Shown here piece after piece: positions 1 to 7,134 of a stretch of 25,276 nucleotides of DNA. Below the pieces are notes generated by a model. The model was not told the origin of the DNA, searched no databases, and saw only the letters and a list, made by a program, of their open reading frames with translations. A program made the position numbers and the translations under genes. The stretch comes from Pseudomonadota bacterium (GTDB lineage: Bacteria; Bdellovibrionota_G; JALEGL01; DATDPG01), in assembly GCA_043804515.1 (NCBI GenBank), contig JAZDIZ010000121.1, positions 1 to 25,276 of the forward strand, in the 5' to 3' direction. The number at the start of each line of letters is the position of its first letter. The first letter of the stretch is position 1.

Positions 1-1
1 G

Positions 2-58
2 GAGATCATCGATTTGGACCGGGCAGCGGTGGGAATCGTAAGGGGGCGGCCGACGTGA
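2..58 (+). CDS. 3' end of an upstream gene (partial, ...EIIDLDRAAVGIVRGRPT*)
   Basis: Frame 2 is open from the window edge to TGA at 56-58, which overlaps the GTG start of the next ORF (GTGA coupling). Product not identifiable. Confidence 0.4.
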   Translation, partial: EIIDLDRAAVGIVRGRPT

Positions 59-435
59 GGTGGGACGTCTTCAAAGACCCGAACCGGCGGTTCTCCGTCG
101 TTCTGTTCATCCGCTCGGAAGATCTGGAACGGGAAAAGGCGGATCTGGAGGAATTGGGAAGCCGGCCCAACGTCCATTTGGTGGTTCAACCCAGCCCATT
201 CGAAGCGATCGAGTTCCTCTATCGCGTGGCGCATCAGATTTTCGGCCACAAAGTCAGCATGGACAAGGACCTCTTCTGGCACGCCCTGGTGTTCAAAAAG
301 GACGCTGATGCCAAGAAATTCGAGCAGGTCTCGGCGCATCATTATCAGTACTTGTGCGGGATTCTGGAACAGGATCCGAAAAAAGTGGAGCGGGAGGGAA
401 AGGTGCTCCAATCTCTGGCCGACGCGTTGAAGTGA
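55..435 (+). CDS. Hypothetical protein (126 aa)
   Basis: GTG start with AAGGGG upstream; protein-like composition and codon usage; no family recognised. Confidence 0.7.
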   Translation: MRWDVFKDPNRRFSVVLFIRSEDLEREKADLEELGSRPNVHLVVQPSPFEAIEFLYRVAHQIFGHKVSMDKDLFWHALVFKKDADAKKFEQVSAHHYQYLCGILEQDPKKVEREGKVLQSLADALK

Positions 436-506
436 CTACGATTCTACGAGCCGATTTGGGTCCTGCCGCCGGTTTTCCCCATGGCTGCGCCCCGTCAGTG
501 CTCGCC

Positions 507-2144
507 ATGGGGGCCCCCCACCGGCGTCTCCCAAATCGGGTCACGGTCTGGGCGATCGCAATACTGTCGGCGGGGATCTCCGCCGATGGTTGGGGGCAGA
601 CGGTGGCCCCGACTGCGCCGAAGCGCATCTTCCGCATGGCCGTGGCGGGCCCGATCCGTTCGCTCGATCCGGTGCAGGCGGAGCTGAACGCGGAACTGAA
701 GCTGGCGGCCAATCTCGTGGAACCGCTTCTGGCGCTCGACCCGGCTACCGGGCTCTGGGTTCCCGCCGCCGCCCTGCGCTTCACGCAGAGCCCGGACGGG
801 CGAACGATCACCTTCACGCTTCGCGACGACCTCTATTTTTCCAACGGCGAAAAGATCACGGCGGAGGATTTCGCGTATTCGATCCGGAGGCTCCTGGAGC
901 CTCGGACGGATTCATGGGTGGCTCCGTTTCTTAAGTCGATCCGGGGCGCGGAGGATTTCCACGAGGGGGCCATCATGACGCCGGAGCAGCTGGGAATCCG
1001 GGCGCGCGACTCCAAGACTCTGGTCGTCGACCTGACGCAACGGGATCCGTGGCTCCTCGAGATTTTCGCGCAGCCCGCCACCGGTCCGGTACACCGGAAG
1101 ACGATCGATCGGTTCAAGAAGGACTGGACCAAGACGCAGAACTGGGTGGGAAGCGGGCCGTTCCTCCCCGTGCGCTCGGGGCGGACGCTCTATGTCTTCC
1201 AGAAGAACCCGCATCATCGCAACGCGGTTTCGATCCCGCTGGACGAGGTCCAGATCTATCTCGTGGCCAGCCCTGCGGAGGGAGCGGATCTCTACTCTCG
1301 GCGGAGCGTGGATCAGTTCGGGTATCGGGATTTCGATCTTCCCTCCTCGCAAATCCCGGCCTGGTCGACCACGAAGGAGATCCGCTATCAACCGGATCTA
1401 AAAACCACGTTTTTGCGCCTGAACGCCACGAAGGCCGAGCTCAGCAAGCAGAAATTCCGGCAGGCTCTGGCGATGGCGATCGATCGCGATCTTCTCACGC
1501 GAAGCGTGATGATGAAGGGGGAGGTTCCGGCGTATTCCCTCATGCCGCCGGCCGCCAAGCAGTACGAACCACCGACGGGGTTTCTCCACAACGATTCGGG
1601 AGCCCGGATCGAACTCAAGGAGCTCGGCTATTGCGCACCCGGATACGCTCCGAAAGGGTGCGATCGGCCGCCGTTCCTGGAGTTTCTTTGCCGGGATGAC
1701 CCTCTGTCGCGGAAAGTGGCGCTTGCCGTCCAAACGGTGTGGCAGGACAAGCTCGGAATCGACCGGGTGAAGATGAATCCGAAGCCGGAGGACCAATTTC
1801 TCCGGGACATCCAATCGGGAAATTACCTTGTGGCTTTGGACGACCTTTCCGCCGAGCCCGAGCGGGCTTTTGACATTCTAAAGGCGTTCCATTCCGGCAA
1901 AGGGACGGCGGGGGCGTTTTCAAGCAAAACCTTCGATCGGCTCCTCGCCGAGGCCGACGCCCAAGCCGATTGGAACGAGGCGAAGAAAAGCTACCGGGAA
2001 GCGGAAGCTCTCCTCATGCTGGACGGCGGCGTTATCCCTCTCTTCCACGGCACCACCTTGTATCTCGTGTCGCCACGGGTCCGGGGGTACGAACCGAACG
2101 TCTGGGATCTGCATCCGTTCTCGTCGGTCTCGCTCGCGCCCTGA
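507..2144 (+). CDS. oppA: Peptide ABC transporter substrate-binding protein (SBP family 5, OppA-like)
   Basis: Motifs SLDP, TFTLRDDLYFSNGEKITAEDF, GSGPF, RQALAMAIDRD and VIPLF. ATG at 507 gives a signal peptide (MGAPHRRLPNRVTVWAIAILSAGISADG); alternative coupled GTG at 432. Confidence 0.9.
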   Translation: MGAPHRRLPNRVTVWAIAILSAGISADGWGQTVAPTAPKRIFRMAVAGPIRSLDPVQAELNAELKLAANLVEPLLALDPATGLWVPAAALRFTQSPDGRTITFTLRDDLYFSNGEKITAEDFAYSIRRLLEPRTDSWVAPFLKSIRGAEDFHEGAIMTPEQLGIRARDSKTLVVDLTQRDPWLLEIFAQPATGPVHRKTIDRFKKDWTKTQNWVGSGPFLPVRSGRTLYVFQKNPHHRNAVSIPLDEVQIYLVASPAEGADLYSRRSVDQFGYRDFDLPSSQIPAWSTTKEIRYQPDLKTTFLRLNATKAELSKQKFRQALAMAIDRDLLTRSVMMKGEVPAYSLMPPAAKQYEPPTGFLHNDSGARIELKELGYCAPGYAPKGCDRPPFLEFLCRDDPLSRKVALAVQTVWQDKLGIDRVKMNPKPEDQFLRDIQSGNYLVALDDLSAEPERAFDILKAFHSGKGTAGAFSSKTFDRLLAEADAQADWNEAKKSYREAEALLMLDGGVIPLFHGTTLYLVSPRVRGYEPNVWDLHPFSSVSLAP

Positions 2145-2147
2145 TTC

Positions 2148-2295
2148 CGGCATCGGGCAGCAGGCATCCGTAATGTATTCCGCATTCCGGAACCGCTGCC
2201 TGTTGCCGGCCACTGGGACCGCTGCCGGTTTGCCTGCTGCCAGATTCTTTTGTTCCGGTAACGGATAACGGTTTCCGGAAACCGGACTCCGGGAT
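2148..2295. repeat. Degenerate ~7-nt tandem units forming inverted repeats
   Basis: Units GGCATCG-GGCAGCA-GGCATCC, TGCCTGT-TGCCGGC and CGGATAA-CGGTTTC-CGGAAAC-CGGACTC; GGCAGCAGGCA pairs with TGCCTGCTGCC. Confidence 0.5.
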
Positions 2296-2331
2296 CTCTT
2301 TGGCATCAGCGGCAAATATGACGCTTCCTTC

Positions 2332-2360
2332 GTGAACAATTTGACATAGTCCGGTATAAC
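2332..2360 (+). promoter_or_regulatory. Putative sigma70 promoter of cbs (probably leaderless)
   Basis: GTGAAC-17 bp-TATAAC, 9 nt before ATG 2370; no Shine-Dalgarno. Confidence 0.5.
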
Positions 2361-2369
2361 CCCCCGGCC

Positions 2370-3734
2370 ATGAAAAACGTCCACGGAACCATTCTGGATT
2401 GCGTAGGGAACACGCCGATCGTGAAGCTCAACAAGATCGGAAGCGATCTGGCGCACGAATTTTACGTCAAGTGCGAATTCATGAACCCCGGCAGCTCCAT
2501 CAAGGATCGGATCGCCCTCCAGCTTGTGGAAGACGCCGAAGCTTCCGGGCAGCTCAAGCCGGGCGGGACGATCATCGAATGCACGTCGGGAAACACGGGG
2601 ATGGGGCTCGCGATGGTGGCGGCCGTCAAAGGATACAAGGCCGTGTTCGTGATGCCGGACAAAGTCTCCGTGGAAAAGGTGATGTCCCTGCGGGCGTTCG
2701 GAGCGCGCGTGGTGACGACGCCCACGGCCGTCGAGCCGGAGGACCCGAGGAGCTATTACTCGGTCGGGAAGCGCCTTGCTTCCGAAATCCCGGATTCGTT
2801 TTATGCCGACCAATACCACAACCCCTCGAACCCGAAAGCGCACTATCAGATGACGGGCCCGGAGATCTGGGAACAGATGGGGGAGAAGCTGGATTACATT
2901 GTGATCGCGGCGGGAACGGGGGGGACGATCAGCGGCGTGGCCAAGTTTCTCAAGGAGAAAAATCCGAAGATCAAAGCGATCTGCGTGGACCCGGAAGGCT
3001 CGGTCTTCTATCCGTATTACAAGACGGGAAAAGTGCCGAAGCTTCTCACCACGTACAAAGTGGAGGGGTTCGGTGAGGATTTTCTGCCCAGCACGCTGGA
3101 TTTCAAGATCATCGACGAGATGGTTCAGGTGTCCGACAAGGAATGCTTCCAAACGGCGCGCGATCTGGCCCGGAAAGAAGGTATCTTCGCCGGCGGATCG
3201 TGCGGCGGCGCCGTAGCCGCTGCCCTCAAGTTTGCGAAGACGTTGCCGGCCAAGAAGACATTCCTGATCCTTCTGGCGGATCACGGCTCGCGGTATCTCT
3301 CCAAGTTCTATGACGACGATTGGATGCGTGAAAACCGGTTCGCCGATGAAGAGCGCCTGGTTGGGCGGATCGGGGACCTCCTGGGGGGCCACCGTGGAGG
3401 CGTGGTGACGGCGGATTCGGGGGACATCGTCGGGGACGTCGTCGCCAAGATGAAAAAGCACTCCATTTCGCAGCTCCCAGTTCTCAAGTCGGAAAAGCTC
3501 CTGGGCCTGATCTCCGAGGTGGACCTTTTGAACGCGCTCCTGGAGGGCCGGGCGCATCCCGACAGCCGCGTCGGGAAGTTCGTGGACCAGGATTTCATCG
3601 TGTTGGAGCCGGAGGCGGAGTTGGCTTCGGTTTCCGGAGCTTTCCGGCAGGGAAAAGTCGTCGTGGTTGTGGAGAGGGAGAAAATCGTGGGGATCGTGAC
3701 CAAGATCGACTTCATCGACTTTCTCTCGAAATGA
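2370..3734 (+). CDS. cbs: Cystathionine beta-synthase (PLP-dependent, C-terminal CBS domain pair)
   Basis: GNTPIVKL, KCEFMNPGSSIKDRIA (PLP lysine), TSGNTG and GTGGTISG motifs, then tandem CBS domains (MKKHSISQLPV, GIVTKIDF). No N-terminal heme domain. Confidence 0.93.
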   Translation: MKNVHGTILDCVGNTPIVKLNKIGSDLAHEFYVKCEFMNPGSSIKDRIALQLVEDAEASGQLKPGGTIIECTSGNTGMGLAMVAAVKGYKAVFVMPDKVSVEKVMSLRAFGARVVTTPTAVEPEDPRSYYSVGKRLASEIPDSFYADQYHNPSNPKAHYQMTGPEIWEQMGEKLDYIVIAAGTGGTISGVAKFLKEKNPKIKAICVDPEGSVFYPYYKTGKVPKLLTTYKVEGFGEDFLPSTLDFKIIDEMVQVSDKECFQTARDLARKEGIFAGGSCGGAVAAALKFAKTLPAKKTFLILLADHGSRYLSKFYDDDWMRENRFADEERLVGRIGDLLGGHRGGVVTADSGDIVGDVVAKMKKHSISQLPVLKSEKLLGLISEVDLLNALLEGRAHPDSRVGKFVDQDFIVLEPEAELASVSGAFRQGKVVVVVEREKIVGIVTKIDFIDFLSK

Positions 3735-3740
3735 GGAGCT

Positions 3741-4895
3741 ATGGACCAAAAGCAGAAGTTTGAGACCCGAGCCATTCACGCCGGACAGGAGCCGGATCCT
3801 TCCACCGGCGCGGTGATCCCTCCCGTTTATCTCACCAGCACGTACGCCCAGGCCGAACCCGGCGTGCACAAGGGATACGACTATTCGCGCACGGCCAATC
3901 CTACGCGTGCGGCTCTCGAAGCTTGTCTTGCTTCTCTCGAAGGCGGGAAGTACGGCACGGCGTACGCCTCGGGGATGGGGGCGTCGGCGACGCTCTTGAG
4001 CCTCCTCGACGAAAACAGTCACGTGGTCTGCTGCGACGACGTCTACGGCGGAACGTACCGGCTCTTTACGAAGGTTCTTCACCGGCGGGCGTACCGCTTC
4101 ACATTCGTGGATCTTACGGACGCGAACGCTCTCGCCGATGCGACGACGGATCAAACCCGGATGATCTGGATCGAAACCCCCACGAATCCACTCTTGAAGC
4201 TCATCGACATCGAAGCCGTGTCGGCCTTCGCCCGCAAACGGAAGATTCTCGTCGTCGTGGATAATACGTTCGCGAGCCCGTATCTTCAGAATCCGCTGTC
4301 GTTGGGGGCGGACGTGGTCCTTCACTCCACGACGAAATACATCGGAGGCCATTCCGATGTGGTCGGTGGGGCACTGGTTACGGACAGCGACGAGCTTGCC
4401 GAGCGAATCCGGTTCCTCCAGAACTCCATCGGCGCCACGGCCGGCCCGATGGATGCGTGGCTCACGCTTCGGGGCGTAAAGACGCTCGCCCTTCGGATGG
4501 AACGCCACTGCGCCAACGCCAAGAAGGTCGTGGAATTTCTCAAGAAGCAACCGAAGGTGGAGCAAGTGATCTATCCCGGGGAGCCGTCGCATCCCCAGCA
4601 CGAGCTGGCCCGGAAACAAATGCGGGATTCCGGCGGCATGGTGAGCGTCCGCCTGAAACTCGACCTCGCGCAGACCAAAAAGTTCCTCTCGCGGCTGCGG
4701 ATCTTCACACTGGCGGAGAGCTTGGGAGGCGTAGAGTCCCTGATCGAGCATCCGGCGATCATGACGCACGCCAGCCTTCCGGCGGACGTGCGCCAAAAAC
4801 TGGGCATCACGGACGGTTTCATCCGCCTGTCCGTGGGTATCGAACACGCCGACGACCTGATCGACGATCTGAAATCCGCGCTCGCTTCAATCTGA
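3741..4895 (+). CDS. metB: Cystathionine gamma-lyase/synthase (Cys/Met metabolism PLP enzyme)
   Basis: YSRTANPTR, ASGMGA, ETPTNP, DNTF, HSTTKYIGGHSD and AESLGGVESL motifs; RBS GAGGAG. Position next to cbs favours gamma-lyase activity. Confidence 0.93.
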   Translation: MDQKQKFETRAIHAGQEPDPSTGAVIPPVYLTSTYAQAEPGVHKGYDYSRTANPTRAALEACLASLEGGKYGTAYASGMGASATLLSLLDENSHVVCCDDVYGGTYRLFTKVLHRRAYRFTFVDLTDANALADATTDQTRMIWIETPTNPLLKLIDIEAVSAFARKRKILVVVDNTFASPYLQNPLSLGADVVLHSTTKYIGGHSDVVGGALVTDSDELAERIRFLQNSIGATAGPMDAWLTLRGVKTLALRMERHCANAKKVVEFLKKQPKVEQVIYPGEPSHPQHELARKQMRDSGGMVSVRLKLDLAQTKKFLSRLRIFTLAESLGGVESLIEHPAIMTHASLPADVRQKLGITDGFIRLSVGIEHADDLIDDLKSALASI

Positions 4896-4944
4896 TTTCA
4901 TTAGAAGTTGCGGGATCCAAGAGAGGGTCCGATTCACGAGCCTT

Positions 4945-4993
4945 GGTGTCGTAACGCCACCAGCACCATTGAATTCGGTGGACTTTTGACACC
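4945..4993. promoter_or_regulatory. Pair of putative enhancer (UAS) boxes for a sigma54 activator
   Basis: GGTGTCgtAAcgCCACC (4945-4961) and reverse-complement GGTGTCaaAAgtCCACC (4977-4993), 32 bp apart. Confidence 0.6.
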
Positions 4994-5016
4994 GAAATCG
5001 GGGACGGAGGTAAAGC

Positions 5017-5029
5017 TAAGTCGTTGAAA
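5017..5029. promoter_or_regulatory. Putative IHF-binding site
   Basis: TAAGTCGTTGAAA, one mismatch to YAANNNNTTGATW, with an adjacent AT tract; lies between the UAS boxes and the -24/-12 element. Confidence 0.55.
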
Positions 5030-5057
5030 ATAAATGACTTCGTCTTTCTGCGATCCG

Positions 5058-5073
5058 TGGCACACGCGATGCA
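5058..5073 (+). promoter_or_regulatory. sigma54 (-24/-12) promoter
   Basis: TGGCAC-ACGCG-ATGCA: GG at 5059-5060 and GC at 5071-5072 with exact 10-nt spacing. Confidence 0.7.
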
Positions 5074-5083
5074 GTCAGAAGAA

Positions 5084-5195
5084 TCAAACAAATGGGGAAG
5101 CGGGGGCTTCCAGACTGAGAGAGATTTGGGAGCCCCCAATAAGTTTGAACGTTGAAAAAACCTGACTGGCTACACGGGTAAGGGGGGGGTCAGGT
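5084..5195 (+). ncRNA. Candidate sigma54-dependent small RNA (family unknown)
   Basis: Starts at the predicted +1; TCAAAC/GTTTGA outer stem, 13-bp GC-rich inner stem (5102-5137) and a second hairpin (5160-5195). No convincing ORF. Confidence 0.4.
5155..5195 (-). terminator. Possible intrinsic terminator for ispH
   Basis: ACCTGAC/GTCAGGT stem followed on the minus strand by a T-run (complement of A6 at 5155-5160); the loop is large. Confidence 0.35.
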
Positions 5196-6176
5196 GGTTC
5201 CAGGGGTCCGGGGCTCCAGGGCAGCACTCGGACCCTTCTCGTTTTGGATGATCTCCACCAGCTCATTCGGAAGCGCGAAGCTTACGTATTCATGGATCAG
5301 ATCGAGTTCTTCGGTTTCCGATCCCATGGCCTCCAACGCTTTTACAACTTCTTGAACGAGATACTCCGGCGCCGAAGCCCCGGCCGTCAGCCCGATCAAT
5401 CTCCTGTTTTTCAACCAGTCCGGGTCAATCTCGGTCGCGCTGTCGATCAGAAAAGCTTCCACACCGAGCGCTTTGGCCACCTCGCAAAGGCGGTTGGAAT
5501 TCGAACTGTTTCGGGAACCCACAACAAGAAGGAGATCCATTCCCCTTTTGGCCATCGCCTTCACCGCATCCTGGCGGTTCTGCGTGGCGTAACAGATGTC
5601 TTCCTTCGCGGGGGTCTCTAGATTGGGAAAGCGTTTCTGGAGAGCGCGAATGATGGTCTCCACCTCGTCCAAACTCAGCGTCGTCTGCGTAAGCGCCACC
5701 ACCTTATCCGGATGCATAATCCGGATTCGCTCGGCCTCCCCGATCGTTCCCACGACCTGAATGGCGTCCGGTGCTTCGCCCATGGTTCCTATGACCTCAT
5801 CATGGTCCTCGTGCCCGATCAGGAGGATGGAGTATCCGAGCTTCCTGAAACGGTGCACCTCCATGTGGACCTTCGTCACAAGAGGGCACGTGGCGTCGAT
5901 GACATGCAGTTTCCTTTCCCGCGCTTCGCTCCAAACGTCCGGTGCGACGCCGTGGGCGCTGAAAATTACAAGGCCCGCCTGCGGGACCTCGTTCAGCGAA
6001 TCGATGAACATCACGCCCCGGGCCCGGAACCATTCCACCACGGCGCGGTTGTGCACGATCTCCTTACGGACGTACAATGGCGTTCCGAAATGCCGAAGCG
6101 CCAATTCCACCGTATCGATGGCCCGGACAACACCCGCACAGAACCCGCGGGGGCGCGAGACTAACGTTTTCAGCAT
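5190..6176 (-). CDS. ispH: 4-hydroxy-3-methylbut-2-enyl diphosphate reductase
   Basis: PRGFCAGVVRAI, EIVHN, SAHG, DATCPLVTKVH, ICYATQNRQ, NSSNSNRL and TAGASAPE motifs; three Fe-S cysteines present. Confidence 0.97.
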   Translation of the reverse strand: MLKTLVSRPRGFCAGVVRAIDTVELALRHFGTPLYVRKEIVHNRAVVEWFRARGVMFIDSLNEVPQAGLVIFSAHGVAPDVWSEARERKLHVIDATCPLVTKVHMEVHRFRKLGYSILLIGHEDHDEVIGTMGEAPDAIQVVGTIGEAERIRIMHPDKVVALTQTTLSLDEVETIIRALQKRFPNLETPAKEDICYATQNRQDAVKAMAKRGMDLLLVVGSRNSSNSNRLCEVAKALGVEAFLIDSATEIDPDWLKNRRLIGLTAGASAPEYLVQEVVKALEAMGSETEELDLIHEYVSFALPNELVEIIQNEKGPSAALEPRTPGTT

Positions 6177-7134
6177 GGCCGTGACTCATGACAGAAAAAT
6201 CAAGGGCTTTCAAGCGGTCGCGCTGGTCCTAGCTCTGGGATTGGCCGCCGTGCACGGAGAGGAGAAGGCAAATGCGCCGTCCGCGGAAGCGGCCGCGCCC
6301 GAAAAGAGCGAAGTCCTGGAGCTTGAGACGATCGCTCCGAGGCCCCAAGTTGAGGATGGACCGGTTCGAATGGGGGACCCCGAAGTCATCTGGGACGCGC
6401 CTCCCAAGGAAGAACCTCTTCCAAAGCCCGGCCCGGTGTCGAGTCCCGCGGCCCCGAAAGTGGGGCCTACGGGAAAGTCCGCCGAAGAAACCGTGCAGGC
6501 GCTTCTAGCGTCGGTACACCCGGGGGACGCGTATCCCGAGCAGTACCGGCAAATGCTGGATCTCGGCGAGTCCGCCGTGCCCACGCTCGTACAGGTCTTG
6601 AATGATCCTTCGTCGGTTTGGCAGACGCGCTGGTTCGCAGCGATGGCTCTGGGCCGGATCGGCGGTGCCAGCGCCAAAGGCTCATTGGAGGCCGCAGCCG
6701 AGGACCCGCTCTTCTTGATTCGGTTGGCGGCCGTTCAGGCGTTGGGAATTTTGAGGGAAGTCTCGTCCGCCGCCGTTGTGCGCAAGGCGCTATCGGACAA
6801 AGCCATGGTGGTTCGAGCTTCGGCTGCCGATACCACGGGCCTTTTGAGGGATCCGGAGGCCCTGCCGCTTCTTCAGAAAGAGTTGTTCGAACCACGGAAC
6901 TTCTATCGGGGCCGCAGCCTCTGGGTCCGCGCTCATATTGTGGACGCGCTGGTGAAAATCGGTTCCGAGGCCAGCGTGCCGGCTCTGGTCCGCTTGCTCA
7001 AGGACCAGGATGCGGGTCTCCGTTCCAAGGCCTGCGATGCATTGGAAAGGCTTGTTTCCAAGCCGCCGGCACCGGCGGACGCCGCGAGCTCCTGCGAAAA
7101 ACGCTGGTTGAGTTGGTATCAGCGGCCGCGCTGA
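6175..7134 (+). CDS. Exported HEAT/PBS-lyase repeat protein
   Basis: Signal peptide MAVTHDRKIKGFQAVALVLALGLAAVHG, Pro/Ala-rich linker, then HEAT repeats (RWFAAMALGRIG, RLAAVQALGIL, VRASAADTTG, LRSKACDAL). The 5761 start in the ORF track lies within ispH and is unlikely. Confidence 0.8.
   Translation: MAVTHDRKIKGFQAVALVLALGLAAVHGEEKANAPSAEAAAPEKSEVLELETIAPRPQVEDGPVRMGDPEVIWDAPPKEEPLPKPGPVSSPAAPKVGPTGKSAEETVQALLASVHPGDAYPEQYRQMLDLGESAVPTLVQVLNDPSSVWQTRWFAAMALGRIGGASAKGSLEAAAEDPLFLIRLAAVQALGILREVSSAAVVRKALSDKAMVVRASAADTTGLLRDPEALPLLQKELFEPRNFYRGRSLWVRAHIVDALVKIGSEASVPALVRLLKDQDAGLRSKACDALERLVSKPPAPADAASSCEKRWLSWYQRPR
6185..6213 (-). promoter_or_regulatory. Putative sigma70 promoter of ispH (leaderless)
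   Basis: On the minus strand TTGAAA-17 bp-CATGAG (TG-extended), 8 nt before the ATG; the -10 is a weak match. Confidence 0.35.

Noticed and set aside
2341..2360. TTGACA and TATAAC as a consensus promoter pair
   Set aside because: Only 8 bp apart; the correctly spaced -35 is GTGAAC.
3732..3743. cbs and metB are in frame, separated by TGA plus 6 nt (possible readthrough fusion)
   Set aside because: The spacer is a normal GAGGAG ribosome-binding site; no recoding signal was seen.
1920..4847. 975-aa minus-strand ORF
   Set aside because: Antisense shadow of oppA, cbs and metB, which share one frame; no recognisable domain; expected with strong GC3 bias.
5761..6174. N-terminal extension of the HEAT ORF given in the track
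   Set aside because: Fully antisense to ispH; the signal peptide begins at 6175.
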